NCBI GenBank assembly: GCA_007118045.1
Contig: SKTG01000068.1
Coordinates: 1 to 52,893, forward strand
Length of the DNA: 52,893 bases
Source: Nitriliruptoraceae bacterium
GTDB taxonomy: Bacteria > Actinomycetota > Nitriliruptoria > Nitriliruptorales > Nitriliruptoraceae
Direction of reading: 5' to 3'
A program made the translations under genes and the position numbers. Shown piece by piece: positions 1 to 9,394 of this stretch (the first letter of the stretch is position 1; each line of letters opens with the position of its first letter). The notes under the pieces are model-generated. The model was not told the DNA's origin, searched no databases, and was given only the letters and a program-made list of their open reading frames with translations.

Positions 1-2088
1 GCGCTGGCGGCGACCCGGCTCGTGACGCTCGTGGGGCCCGGCGGTGTCGGGAAGACGCGTCTGGCCACCGTCGTGGCGCAGGAGCGTTCCCGCACGTCCG
101 AGCTCGGTGTCGCATGGGTGGACCTCGCCACGGCGACCGACCCCGCGGACGTGGCCCCCCTCCTCATCGAATGTCTGGGACTCACGTCACCGGACCGTAC
201 CGCGGCCGACACGGCTGCAACCGCGCTGGCACGCTTCCAGGGCCTGGCGGTGCTCGACAACTGCGAGCACGTGCTCGACCGCGTGGCGGAGATCGTCGAG
301 CTCGCACTCGCGAGCGACGACCGGACCCGGATCCTGGCGACCAGTCGCGAGCGCCTGGACGTGGCCGGCGAGCAGGTCGTCCACGTGCCACCGTTCCAGG
401 TGCCGTACCCCCGGAGCGCGTCCGACGAGGACCCCGCGGTTCGGCTGTTCCAGGAGCGCCTGACGGACACCGGTGGGGACGCCGCGACGGCGGCGCAAGC
501 GGCCGAGGTCGCGGCTGCCGTCGACGGGCTGCCCCTCGCGATCGAGCTCGCCGCCGCGCGGGCGGCGACCGTGCCGATCGAGGAACTCCTCGCTCGCCTC
601 GATCGACACGTCGGTCTGCTCAGCGGCTCGCGTCGCCGGCACGGCGAACGCCACCGGACGCTGGCCAACGTGATCTCGTGGTCCTACGACCTGCTCTCGG
701 ACCGGGACCGAGCGGTGTTCCGACGAGCCTCGGTGTTCGCCTCCAGCTTCCGCCTCGCCGACGCGGAACGGGTCTGCGCAGGAGAGGGCCTCTCGTCCTC
801 CGACGTCGTCGACGCGGTCGCTCGCCTGGTCGAGACGTCCATGCTGACGCGTGTCGGAGCGGGCCGGTACCGGCTGCTCGAGCCCCTGCGCTGGTTCGGC
901 AGGGAACGGATGGGCGAGGGTCGGGAGGCGCAGGCGACGTCGACCCGGCACCGCGCGCTCGTCCTGGCGCTCACCGACCGTGCGGATGCGGAGCTCACGG
1001 GACCGGGGGAGGTCGCGGTGATCTCCGAGCTGGAGGAGGCCCTTCCCGATCTCAGGGCGGTCCACGGCCGGGCCGTCAGCGAGGGCGATCTCGCCACGGT
1101 CGCACGGATGACCGGGCGTCTCCACCGCTTCGCCTACGCCCAGGGCCGGGGGGACGTGCTGGCCTGGGGTGGCCACCTCGTCGAGGGTGATGCGGCGGAC
1201 CTCGACCAGGACGAGCGGCTGCGTGCCATCGCCGCCAGCGTCCCCGCGGCGGTGTGGCACGACGACATCGACGAGGCCGTGCGACGCACACGCCTCTACG
1301 TCGACCGGCTCGACGACCGAGCCGCCGATCCCTGGAGCAGGGTCACGCTGGCGGAGACGCTCGCCGACCTCCACGTGGCACGCGGCGAGCTCGCGGCAGC
1401 GGTCGCCGTCTACGAGCGGGGGGTCGAGCTGGCCCGCCGCTGCGAGCACATCGGCCTCACCTCGTACATGGTCTCGGGCCTGTCGATCGCCGTGGGCTTC
1501 CACGGCGATCGGTCGCGGGCCACGCTCCTCGCCCGGGAGGCCAGCGAACTGGCTCGGACCGCCGGGGCCCCGACCGCTGCCTCGCTCGCGGCCTACGCCC
1601 TCGGTGAGGCTCTCTTCGAGGTCGACCCCGACCAGGCCCTGGAAGCCTTCGAGACGGCCGTGACCACCGCATCGCGTGCCCGCGCACCGTTCTTCGAGGC
1701 GATCGCCCGGACCGCCGACGTGGCGCTCCGCGGTCGGTACGGCGATCCCGCGGAGGCGTTCGTCCGCTACCGGGCAGCGCTGGGGATCTGGAGCGAGACC
1801 GGTGCGGATGGCATGGCCATCACCACCCTGCGCAACCTCGTGGTCCTGCTCTCCCGCACCGGAGCGGACACCGACGCGCTGACCCTGTACACGGCCTCGG
1901 AGCGGCTCGCGTCGCGTCCCAGCTACGGGCCCGAGGCCGAGCGCCTGCGCACCGCCGTGACCTCCGTGCGACGTCGACTGTCCACCACCGAGCGGGAGCA
2001 GGCCGAGCAACGGGCGGCGGCGGTCACGGACGTCGCCGAGGTGATCGGGTTCGGGCTGACGAGCATCGAACGGGCCGAACGACGCTGA
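1..2088 (+). CDS. STAND-type signal-transduction ATPase (NB-ARC-like P-loop + TPR-like C-terminal repeats), 5' end outside the window
   Basis: The reading frame is open from base 1 (ALAATRLVTLVGPGGVGKTRLA, Walker A). LDNCEHVL and GLPLAIELAAAR motifs are typical of AfsR/LuxR-type large ATPases. The helical-repeat C-terminus resembles that of the gene at 6249-9239. Confidence 0.8.
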   Translation, partial: ALAATRLVTLVGPGGVGKTRLATVVAQERSRTSELGVAWVDLATATDPADVAPLLIECLGLTSPDRTAADTAATALARFQGLAVLDNCEHVLDRVAEIVELALASDDRTRILATSRERLDVAGEQVVHVPPFQVPYPRSASDEDPAVRLFQERLTDTGGDAATAAQAAEVAAAVDGLPLAIELAAARAATVPIEELLARLDRHVGLLSGSRRRHGERHRTLANVISWSYDLLSDRDRAVFRRASVFASSFRLADAERVCAGEGLSSSDVVDAVARLVETSMLTRVGAGRYRLLEPLRWFGRERMGEGREAQATSTRHRALVLALTDRADAELTGPGEVAVISELEEALPDLRAVHGRAVSEGDLATVARMTGRLHRFAYAQGRGDVLAWGGHLVEGDAADLDQDERLRAIAASVPAAVWHDDIDEAVRRTRLYVDRLDDRAADPWSRVTLAETLADLHVARGELAAAVAVYERGVELARRCEHIGLTSYMVSGLSIAVGFHGDRSRATLLAREASELARTAGAPTAASLAAYALGEALFEVDPDQALEAFETAVTTASRARAPFFEAIARTADVALRGRYGDPAEAFVRYRAALGIWSETGADGMAITTLRNLVVLLSRTGADTDALTLYTASERLASRPSYGPEAERLRTAVTSVRRRLSTTEREQAEQRAAAVTDVAEVIGFGLTSIERAERR

Positions 2089-2099
2089 CCGTGCGCGAC

Positions 2100-2849
2100 C
2101 TACCGGCTGCGCAGGCCCGTCCAACCCGCCTGCTCCGCGAGGTGTTCGATCGCGGTACGCAGAGCCGTCCGCACGTCGTCGGTGGGGTGGACGACGTCGA
2201 CGGTCACGACGTCGGTGAGACCACCGGGGCGGGGACGGAACGTCAGCACCCCGCACGGCACACCTGCCCGCTCCGCGACGAGACCCGGGAGGCGGGTGGG
2301 ATCCACGAGCTCACCCCCGACCGAGCGGCCCGGGCCGTGCCGGTCCCGTAACAGCCTCGTGACCCACGGACGATCGGCGACCGCGATCTCGCGCACACCG
2401 TCGCTCAACCAGACCGGGACGTCCTCCACCGGCCACACGATGCGGAAGCGCTCGAAGGCGACCTCCAGCCCGTCGGGGTCGGCGACACCCTGCCGCGAGA
2501 AGAAGCGGCGATGGCCCTCCAACCAGTCCTCGTAGGTCCGGTCGTACTCACCCTCGTCCCACGCGAAGGCCGGATCCACCGAGTCCAACCGGCCGAGGCG
2601 CACCTCCGTGGTCTGCATGACGAACCGCCCGACCCCGCGCCCGTCCAGCAGGCCCCACCGCTGGCCCGGTTCGGGCGGGTGCTCGTCCGTGGCGTCGGGC
2701 TCGAGCGACCCGGCCGTCGCCCGCTTGGTGCCCCGCTCGACGAAGGCCAGCAGCTCGTCCGCGAGCTCGGGCGAGTCCCCGAACGCGAAGGCACCCACCA
2801 GCGCGTACCCCGAGCGTCGTTCGAGGGCCTCGACCGGGGATGTGGTCAC
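2100..2849 (-). CDS. ASCH domain-containing protein with a GNAT-like C-terminal region
   Basis: 249-aa ORF. The N-terminus YALVGAFAFGDSPELADELLAFVERGTKRATAG is typical of ASCH (YhfF-like) proteins. The C-terminal ~90 aa looks like an acetyltransferase fold. Confidence 0.72.
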   Translation of the reverse strand: MTTSPVEALERRSGYALVGAFAFGDSPELADELLAFVERGTKRATAGSLEPDATDEHPPEPGQRWGLLDGRGVGRFVMQTTEVRLGRLDSVDPAFAWDEGEYDRTYEDWLEGHRRFFSRQGVADPDGLEVAFERFRIVWPVEDVPVWLSDGVREIAVADRPWVTRLLRDRHGPGRSVGGELVDPTRLPGLVAERAGVPCGVLTFRPRPGGLTDVVTVDVVHPTDDVRTALRTAIEHLAEQAGWTGLRSR

Positions 2850-3000
2850 CGCTCACCTCCCGCGGGTCGACGGGCACTGCTCCCAGCTTCGCTCACGACG
2901 GCCACGGTGTCAGCGGTCCACGGGATGACAGTGAAGCATGCTCGATGCTAGGTTCCTGGCAACAACGGGAGTCCCCGCCGAGGGGGGTCGAAGGAGCGGG

Positions 3001-4014
3001 ATGCTCGGGGACCGGGTCCGTGGCTTGCGCCTGCAGCGGGGGTTGACGCAGGTCCAGCTGGCGGAGCTCGCCGGCGTGAGTCGGCAGCTGGTCGGAGCGG
3101 TCGAAGCCGATCGGCACCTCCCCCGCGTCGATGCCGCGGTCCGGCTCGCGACCGCTCTGTCCACCACGGTCGAGGAGCTGCTCGCGCCGGAGGTCCGCGA
3201 GGTCGAGGGGGTCCTCGCCGAGCCGGCCGAGGGTGCCCTGGTACGGATCGGGCGGGTCGGTGACCGGCTCGTGTGCGTGCCGGCGGCCGGTTCCGGGGAG
3301 GCCTGGGCGACCGCGGACGCGCAGGTCCAACGGGGATCCGTCCAGGTGTTCGACGTGGAGCGGCCGGCCGTGATCGTGGCGGGGTGCGATCCCATCATCG
3401 GCCTGGCTTCGCGCCTGCTGGAGACGACGACCGGGTCGCGCGTGGTGTCCGTGGCGACCTCGAGCGCTGCAGCCGTCGACGTGCTCGCCGCCGGGCGCGC
3501 CCACGCGGTGATGGTCCACGGGCCTGCCGGCCGCCAGGCGGATCCGACGGTGGCGGTGCGACGCTGGCACGTCGCCCGATGGCAGGTGGGCCTGGCCGCC
3601 CCCGCCGATCTGGCCGGCGGCTGGGTCGACGATGCGCTGGCCGGCCGGGTACCCGTCGTGCAGCGCGAGACCGGGGCCGGCAGTCAGGCCGCCTTCGAGC
3701 GGGCCCGCAGCAGCGGGGACGGTGCGGACGGAGCCGTCGACGGACCGCGCGTCAGCGGACACGCGGAGGCGGCCTGGCGTGCCGCGACCGATCGCATGGT
3801 CGCGGTCACGATCGAGCCGGCCGCGCTGGCCATCGGTCTGGCGTTCCATCCGCTGGAGGAACATCTCTCGCATCTCTGGGTCTCGGAGGCCCACGCGGAC
3901 AACGCGCTGATCGGTGCCTTCATCGAGGAGCTGACGGGGGAACGCGTCCATCGAAGGCTCGCGGCGATCGGCGGCTACGACCTGACCGACACCGGGACGG
4001 AGCTCGCGGCATGA
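3001..4014 (+). CDS. XRE-type HTH regulator fused to a periplasmic-binding-protein-like (ModA-like) sensor domain; likely molybdate-responsive regulator
   Basis: The HTH MLGDRVRGLRLQRGLTQVQLAELAGVSRQLVGAVE is followed by a ~250-aa PBP-like domain. The stop overlaps the modA start (ATGA at 4011-4014). ATG 3001 is preferred over the ORF-track start at 2938. Confidence 0.72.
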   Translation: MLGDRVRGLRLQRGLTQVQLAELAGVSRQLVGAVEADRHLPRVDAAVRLATALSTTVEELLAPEVREVEGVLAEPAEGALVRIGRVGDRLVCVPAAGSGEAWATADAQVQRGSVQVFDVERPAVIVAGCDPIIGLASRLLETTTGSRVVSVATSSAAAVDVLAAGRAHAVMVHGPAGRQADPTVAVRRWHVARWQVGLAAPADLAGGWVDDALAGRVPVVQRETGAGSQAAFERARSSGDGADGAVDGPRVSGHAEAAWRAATDRMVAVTIEPAALAIGLAFHPLEEHLSHLWVSEAHADNALIGAFIEELTGERVHRRLAAIGGYDLTDTGTELAA

Positions 4015-4832
4015 ACCCCCGTGGTCGCTCCACCCGAGCCGGCGTCGCGGTCGCCGGTCTCGCGCTCCTGGTGGCCGCCTGTGGGTCCAACGCGCAGGCC
4101 GTGACCGCGGACGAGCCCCTGCTGATCGCCGGGGCGGCCGACCTCGAGCCGGCTTTCGCGGTCCTGGGCGAACGGTTCGAGGAGGCCAGCGGCGAGGAGG
4201 TGGTGTTCAACTTCGGTTCGTCCGGGCACCTCGCCCAACAGCTGATCGAGGGCGCCCCGATGGACCTGTACGCCTCGGCCGACGTGGCGTTCGTCGAACA
4301 GGTGCTGGACGCCGGGGTCGGGGACCCTCGCACCCAGAGCACCTACGCCTTCGGGCGCATCACGGTCTGGGCACCCGATGACGCCTGGCGCGACTGGCAG
4401 GACCTCGACGACGTGGCTGCCGACGACGAGGTCGAGATCATCGCGATCGCCAACCCCGAACACGCCCCGTACGGGGCAGCCGCCGAGCAGGCACTGCGGA
4501 CCGCCGGGATCTGGGACGCCGTCGAACCCGCGCTCGTGTACGGCCAGAACGTCTCCGACGCCCAACGCCTCGCCGCGACGGGCAACGCCGACGCGGCCAT
4601 CGTCGCCCTCTCGCTCGCCATCGCCGCGGACGAGGCCGGGGACGGCGCTTGGACGCTGCTCGACGAGGACCTCCACGAACCGTTGCAACAGGATCTGGTG
4701 GTCACCGCCGAGGATCCCGACCGTGCCGCTCTCGCCAACGAGTTCGTCGAACACGTCAACTCCGAGGACGGCCGCCAGGTCATGCGTCGGTTCGGGTTGC
4801 TGCTCCCCGGTGAGGAGATGCCCGACCGATGA
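4011..4832 (+). CDS. modA: molybdate ABC transporter substrate-binding lipoprotein
   Basis: Lipoprotein signal LALLVAACGS, then LLIAGAADLEPAF...VVFNFGSSGHLAQQIEGAPMDLYASAD, characteristic of ModA. In frame within ORF 3273-4832. Confidence 0.9.
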   Translation: MNPRGRSTRAGVAVAGLALLVAACGSNAQAVTADEPLLIAGAADLEPAFAVLGERFEEASGEEVVFNFGSSGHLAQQLIEGAPMDLYASADVAFVEQVLDAGVGDPRTQSTYAFGRITVWAPDDAWRDWQDLDDVAADDEVEIIAIANPEHAPYGAAAEQALRTAGIWDAVEPALVYGQNVSDAQRLAATGNADAAIVALSLAIAADEAGDGAWTLLDEDLHEPLQQDLVVTAEDPDRAALANEFVEHVNSEDGRQVMRRFGLLLPGEEMPDR

Positions 4833-5494
4833 GCGACGTCGATTGGTTCCCGCTGCTGCTGTCGCTGCGGGTCGCCACCCTCGCCACGCTGGTGACCACG
4901 TTGGTCGGTGTCGCGGGCGCGTACGCGCTTTCCCGGTTCCGGTTCCCCGGGCGAGGCCTGATCGAGGCGATCGCCAGCCTGCCGATCGTGTTGCCCCCGA
5001 CGGTGCTCGGCTACTACCTGCTCGTGACGATCGGTCGCAACTCCCCCATCGGCCGGACCTACGAGGCGGTGTTCGGACAGCAGCTCGTGTTCACCTGGCA
5101 AGCGGCCGTGCTCGCCGCCGCGGTGGCCAGCCTGCCGTACTGCCTGAGGACCGCCACCGCGGCGATCAGCGCCATCGACGCCGGCTACGAGGAAGCCGCC
5201 CGCGTTGCGGGGCTGCACGGCACCCGCCTCGCGTTCGTCGTCACCCTGCCCCTGGCCGCCCGTGGGATCATCGCCGGGGTCTCGCTCGCGTTCGCCCGGG
5301 CCCTGGGCGACTTCGGTACCACGCTCATGGTCGCCGGCAACATCCCGGGGCGCACCCAGACCATGCCCATCGCCGTGTACGACCGGGTCCAGGCCTTCGA
5401 CTACGCCACCGCCGGCGTCCTCGCGGCGGTGCTGTCCACCGTGGCGATCGTGGTGCTGCTCGTCGTACGCCGTCTCGAGCGGACCGCCCTGTGA
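4829..5494 (+). CDS. modB: molybdate ABC transporter permease
   Basis: 221 aa, multi-TM, with the ModB-like segment LPIVLPPTVLGYYLL and the EAA-type loop EEAARVAGLHGTRLAFVVTLPLA. ATGA overlap with modA. Confidence 0.92.
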   Translation: MSDVDWFPLLLSLRVATLATLVTTLVGVAGAYALSRFRFPGRGLIEAIASLPIVLPPTVLGYYLLVTIGRNSPIGRTYEAVFGQQLVFTWQAAVLAAAVASLPYCLRTATAAISAIDAGYEEAARVAGLHGTRLAFVVTLPLAARGIIAGVSLAFARALGDFGTTLMVAGNIPGRTQTMPIAVYDRVQAFDYATAGVLAAVLSTVAIVVLLVVRRLERTAL

Positions 5495-6174
5495 GCCTTC
5501 GTGTCGACGTCCGCGCCCGCGTCGGAGAGTTCCACCTCGACGCACGGTTCGAGCTCCCACCCGGGTTGACCGTCCTGTTCGGACCCTCGGGCGCGGGCAA
5601 GACCCGTCTGCTGCGGCTCATCGCCGGCCTGGACCAGCCGACGGAGGGACGTATCACCCTCGCCGACCGCGCCTTCGTCGACCGCTCGGAGCGGACCTCA
5701 CTGCCCGTCCACGAGCGGGACATCGGCATGGTGTTCCAGCAGCCCTACCTGCTCCCTCACCGCACCGTCGTGGCGAACGTGGCACTCGCCGCCGACGGCA
5801 GGACCCGCCAAGACCGTCGCGCCGCGGCCTGGAACTGGCTCGAACGGACCGGAGCCACCCCCTTCGCCGAGCGGCGCCCTCACCAGCTCTCCGGCGGCCA
5901 GAAGCAGCGGGTCGCCCTGGCTCGCGCGCTCGCGGGTGGGCCGCAGCTCCTGCTGCTCGACGAACCCTTCAACGCGCTGGACCTCGAGCGGCGGCGCCGA
6001 CTTCGACGTCTCGTTCGCGCCCTGGTCGACGAGACCGCCATCCCCACCCTGTTCGTCACCCACGACGTCGACGAGCTCGCCGAGCTCGCGGATCAGGTCC
6101 TCATCGCCGAGCACGGCACCGTCCGTACGGTGGCGGACGTCGCCGCCACGATGCGGTACCTCGGCGACCCGTAG
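5491..6174 (+). CDS. modC: molybdate ABC transporter ATP-binding protein (no TOBE domain)
   Basis: GTG start overlaps the modB stop (GTGA). Walker A GPSGAGKT, signature LSGGQKQRVALARAL and Walker B LLLLDEP are present. Confidence 0.9.
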   Translation: MSLRVDVRARVGEFHLDARFELPPGLTVLFGPSGAGKTRLLRLIAGLDQPTEGRITLADRAFVDRSERTSLPVHERDIGMVFQQPYLLPHRTVVANVALAADGRTRQDRRAAAWNWLERTGATPFAERRPHQLSGGQKQRVALARALAGGPQLLLLDEPFNALDLERRRRLRRLVRALVDETAIPTLFVTHDVDELAELADQVLIAEHGTVRTVADVAATMRYLGDP

Positions 6175-6248
6175 GTCCCGGGTGGCCGCGGCCCCGTCCC
6201 TCCGAACGGCCTGTTCCCTCCGATCGAGCGGTTCCGTACGGTGCGGAC

Positions 6249-9239
6249 ATGCAGCTACGTGTGCTGGGGTCCGTGGAAGCTGCCACCGAGTCCCGGCGGA
6301 CCCGGTTCCCGAGCGACCGGCAACGCACGATCCTGGGGGCGTTGGTGGCGGCCCGGGGCGACGTGGTCCCCACCGACCGCCTCGTCGACGGCCTCTGGGG
6401 TACGCGACGACCTCCCGGTGCACACAAGACCTTGCGGAGCCACGTCTCCAAGCTGCGACGCACGTTGGCGACGCTCGTCCCGGCGGACGTCGACGCGGTG
6501 GTGACGGTGCCGGATGGCTACCGGCTGGACCTCGGCGCCTGCGAGCTGGACGCCTGCCGGTTCGAGACGTTGCTCACGGAGGCCCGCGCGTTCGCCGCCA
6601 CCGATCCCCAGGTGGCCGTCGAACGCTTCGCGGAGGCGGAGGGGCTGTGGCGCGGCCCGGCCTTCGGCGATCTGGCCTCCCACGTCCTGGTGCGAACCGA
6701 GGCACGCCGCCTGGAGTCGCTACGAGCAGCGGCCGCCGCGGACCGCATCGACTGCCAGCTCGCGTCGGGCGGCCACCGTGTCGTCCTCGCCGAGCTGGAA
6801 GCGACCGTCGACCACGAGCCGCTCGACGAGCGGGCGCACGGTCAGCTGATGCTGGCCCTCTACCGCACGGGGCGCCAAGCGGAGGCGCTCGTGACCTATC
6901 GACGTCTCCACGAGCGCCTCGGTGAGGAACTGGGGCTCGACCCCACCGAGGAGCTCCAGCACCTGCACGAACGTCTCCTGCGCCAGGATCCCGACCTGAC
7001 GCGGCCGCCCGAGCCGCAAGGCGAGAAGCGGATCCCGGCCGAGGTCCCCCGCGCCGACCGGGCCGACCCGGGCCACGGGGCCGGAGCCGACGCGGGCCTG
7101 ATCGGGCGGGAGGAGGACCTCGCGGCGGTGGTCGAGCTGGTCGAGACGCCCGGGCTGGTGACCCTGACCGGAACGGGCGGCGTGGGCAAGACCCGACTGG
7201 CGGAGCAGGTCACCGTCGCCGCCACCACCCGGTTCCGTGACGGCACGGTGGTGTGCCAACTGGCCGCGGTCCACGACCCGGCCAGCGTCGCACCCGCGCT
7301 GCTCGATGCCTTCGGCGCCCGCCACCGGGGCGGCCGGCCCGCCGCGGAGACGCTGCTGGCCGCGGTGGGCACGCGACGGCTGCTGCTCGTGCTCGACAAC
7401 TGCGAGCATCTGCTGCAGACCGTGGCACCACTGGCCGAGTCGGTGCTCGCTGCGTGCCCGACCGTCACGGTGCTGGCAACGTCACGCGAGCCGTTGCGTG
7501 TGCCTGGGGAGCGCGTGTGGCAGGTGGCGCCCTTGGCGGTCCCACCGCCCCGAGCCACCGCGGCGACCGTGCTGGCGGCGCCAGCCGGCGCCCTGTTCGT
7601 TCGACGGGCACGGGCGGCCGACCCGAGCTACGCCCTCACCGAGCAGGACGCGTCAGCGACGGGCGAGCTCTGTCGTCGCCTCGACGGGATCCCGCTGGCA
7701 CTCGAGCTGGCGGCCGCCCGCGCACGGGCGCTGTCGCCGGCGGATCTGCTGGAACGCATCGACCAGCGCTTCGAGTTGTTGACCGGTGGTCCCCACCGGG
7801 ACGCGGGACGGCACCGCACCCTGCAGGCCGTGGTCGAGTGGTCCTACGAGACGCTGACCGAGGCGGAGGCTCGGGCGTTCGACCGGTTGTCGGTGTTCGC
7901 GGGTCCCTTCAGCCTCGAGGCCGCCGAAGAAGTCTGCGCGGGTGAGCCGCTCGCCGCCGACGAGGTCGCGGGTCGGCTCGCCGAACTGGTCGACAAGTCG
8001 CTGGTCGTCGTCGAGCGTGGCGACGGGAGGACGCGCTACCGCCTGTTGGACACGCTGCACGCCTACGCGAGGGCCCGCCTGAACAAGACCGGCGAGGCGC
8101 CGCGCTACCAGCGGGCGCACGCGAACCACCACCTGGTGCTCGCCGAGCGCCAGGGCCCCCGGGTCCGCGGCCAGCAGGAACGCGACGCCGTCACGGCGCT
8201 CGACCGGGCGGTCGACGACCTGCGGGTGGCCCACGCGTGGCTGGTCGCCGCCGGCGATGTGGACGGCGCCCTGCGGCTCACGGTCGCGCTTCGCGACTAC
8301 ATGGGCCATCGGCAGCGCGACGAGATGATCACCTGGACCGAGCGCGCTCTCGAGCTGCCGGATGCCACCCTCCACCCGGCCTACCCGGCTGCCCTGGCGA
8401 CCGCGGCCCGGGGCGCCACCCGTCGCGGCGACCTCGCACGGGCCAGCCGGCACGCCGAGGTCGCGCTGCAAGCAGCCGAGCCGACCAGCCTCGCGGCGAC
8501 GTGGGCGACCCACGCCCTGGCGACGGTCGCGCTGTACGAGGGGCGTCTCGACGACGTCCTGACCCTGACCGGAAAGCGGCGACCGCTGATGGAGGAGCCC
8601 GGAGAGGACTACTACCGCGCCATGGCGACCACCCTGCGGGTGCTCGCGCTGCAGTATCGCGGCGAGACCCACAGGGCAGCGGCCCAGGCGGCGGAACTGC
8701 GGACGTTGGCCGAGGCCTCCGGCAACGACACGATGCGAGCCTGGGCGCGGTACTGCCACGGCGAGGCACTGCTGGACACCGATCCGGGCTCGGCTGCCCC
8801 GCTGCTCGTGGCCGCGATCGAGGCCGCCCGGCGGGCAGAGGCCCGCGTCCCCGAAGGCGTCGCGATGGTGTCGCTCGCGTCGCTGTACACACGCACCGGT
8901 GAGACGGACCGCGCGGTCGCTCTCTTCGCCGAGGTCCTCCCCCACTGGCGGCGGCTCGGGGACTGGACGCACCAGCTGACCGCGCTGCGCAACCTCGTCG
9001 ATCTGCTCGTCCGCCTCGAGGTCGACGGACCCGCGGCCACGTTGCATGCAGCCGTCGACGATGCCGCACCACCGAGCTTCGGCGCGGAGGCCGAGCGGCT
9101 CGCCGCCGCCGGGCGGGAGCTCGAGCGCAGGCTCGGTCCAGGACCTCGTGAGGCGTTGGCCGAGCGGGCTCGGTCGTTGTCCCCCGCGCTCCTGGTGGAC
9201 GAAGCCCTGGCGGTACTGGAGGAGCTCGCGTCCCACTGA
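6249..9239 (+). CDS. AfsR/SARP-family regulator (OmpR-type winged helix + BTAD + NB-ARC ATPase + TPR)
   Basis: MQLRVLGSVEA...LVDGLWG...TLRSHVSKLRRTL (SARP DNA-binding domain), a BTAD region (ALYRTGRQAEALVTYRRLHERLGEELGLDP) and the P-loop GTGGVGKTRLA. The upstream part of ORF 5205-9239 overlaps modBC and is not coding. Confidence 0.9.
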   Translation: MQLRVLGSVEAATESRRTRFPSDRQRTILGALVAARGDVVPTDRLVDGLWGTRRPPGAHKTLRSHVSKLRRTLATLVPADVDAVVTVPDGYRLDLGACELDACRFETLLTEARAFAATDPQVAVERFAEAEGLWRGPAFGDLASHVLVRTEARRLESLRAAAAADRIDCQLASGGHRVVLAELEATVDHEPLDERAHGQLMLALYRTGRQAEALVTYRRLHERLGEELGLDPTEELQHLHERLLRQDPDLTRPPEPQGEKRIPAEVPRADRADPGHGAGADAGLIGREEDLAAVVELVETPGLVTLTGTGGVGKTRLAEQVTVAATTRFRDGTVVCQLAAVHDPASVAPALLDAFGARHRGGRPAAETLLAAVGTRRLLLVLDNCEHLLQTVAPLAESVLAACPTVTVLATSREPLRVPGERVWQVAPLAVPPPRATAATVLAAPAGALFVRRARAADPSYALTEQDASATGELCRRLDGIPLALELAAARARALSPADLLERIDQRFELLTGGPHRDAGRHRTLQAVVEWSYETLTEAEARAFDRLSVFAGPFSLEAAEEVCAGEPLAADEVAGRLAELVDKSLVVVERGDGRTRYRLLDTLHAYARARLNKTGEAPRYQRAHANHHLVLAERQGPRVRGQQERDAVTALDRAVDDLRVAHAWLVAAGDVDGALRLTVALRDYMGHRQRDEMITWTERALELPDATLHPAYPAALATAARGATRRGDLARASRHAEVALQAAEPTSLAATWATHALATVALYEGRLDDVLTLTGKRRPLMEEPGEDYYRAMATTLRVLALQYRGETHRAAAQAAELRTLAEASGNDTMRAWARYCHGEALLDTDPGSAAPLLVAAIEAARRAEARVPEGVAMVSLASLYTRTGETDRAVALFAEVLPHWRRLGDWTHQLTALRNLVDLLVRLEVDGPAATLHAAVDDAAPPSFGAEAERLAAAGRELERRLGPGPREALAERARSLSPALLVDEALAVLEELASH

Positions 9240-9334
9240 CCCCAGTCGGAGCCGAACCAGCGCAACCCGTGCCGCAACCGATGCGCAGACGCGCCGCAAC
9301 CACCGCCTGTCACCGTCGCAGCGGCCTCGAGCCC

Positions 9335-9363
9335 GGGGGGACACCGCACCTCAGGTGCCCCCC
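9335..9363 (+). terminator. GC-rich hairpin downstream of the SARP gene
   Basis: GGGGGGACACC-gcacctca-GGTGCCCCCC forms 10 bp with one bulge. There is no U-tract. It lies 96 nt after the stop at 9239. Confidence 0.4.
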
Positions 9364-9394
9364 TCCCGACGACCAGCGACGACAGGGATAGACC

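Noticed and set aside
187-2256. 689-aa minus-strand ORF opposite the first regulator gene. Similar long shadow ORFs include 7653-9344, 8612-10414, 20345-21580, 27605-29323, 39808-41490, 42460-43665 and 49273-50181.
   Set aside because: Their Arg/Pro/Gly-rich, low-complexity translations are typical of antisense or off-frame ORFs in ~70% GC DNA. Each fully overlaps a gene with clear family motifs on the other strand or frame.
2850-3000. Moco riboswitch in front of the mod operon.
   Set aside because: I could not recognise the conserved Moco-motif helices or loops. The region is short and more consistent with a divergent promoter.
5205-6248. N-terminal 348 codons of the 1344-aa ORF preceding the SARP regulator.
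   Set aside because: It overlaps modB and modC out of frame and translates to Arg/Pro-rich nonsense. The recognisable SARP domain begins at ATG 6249.
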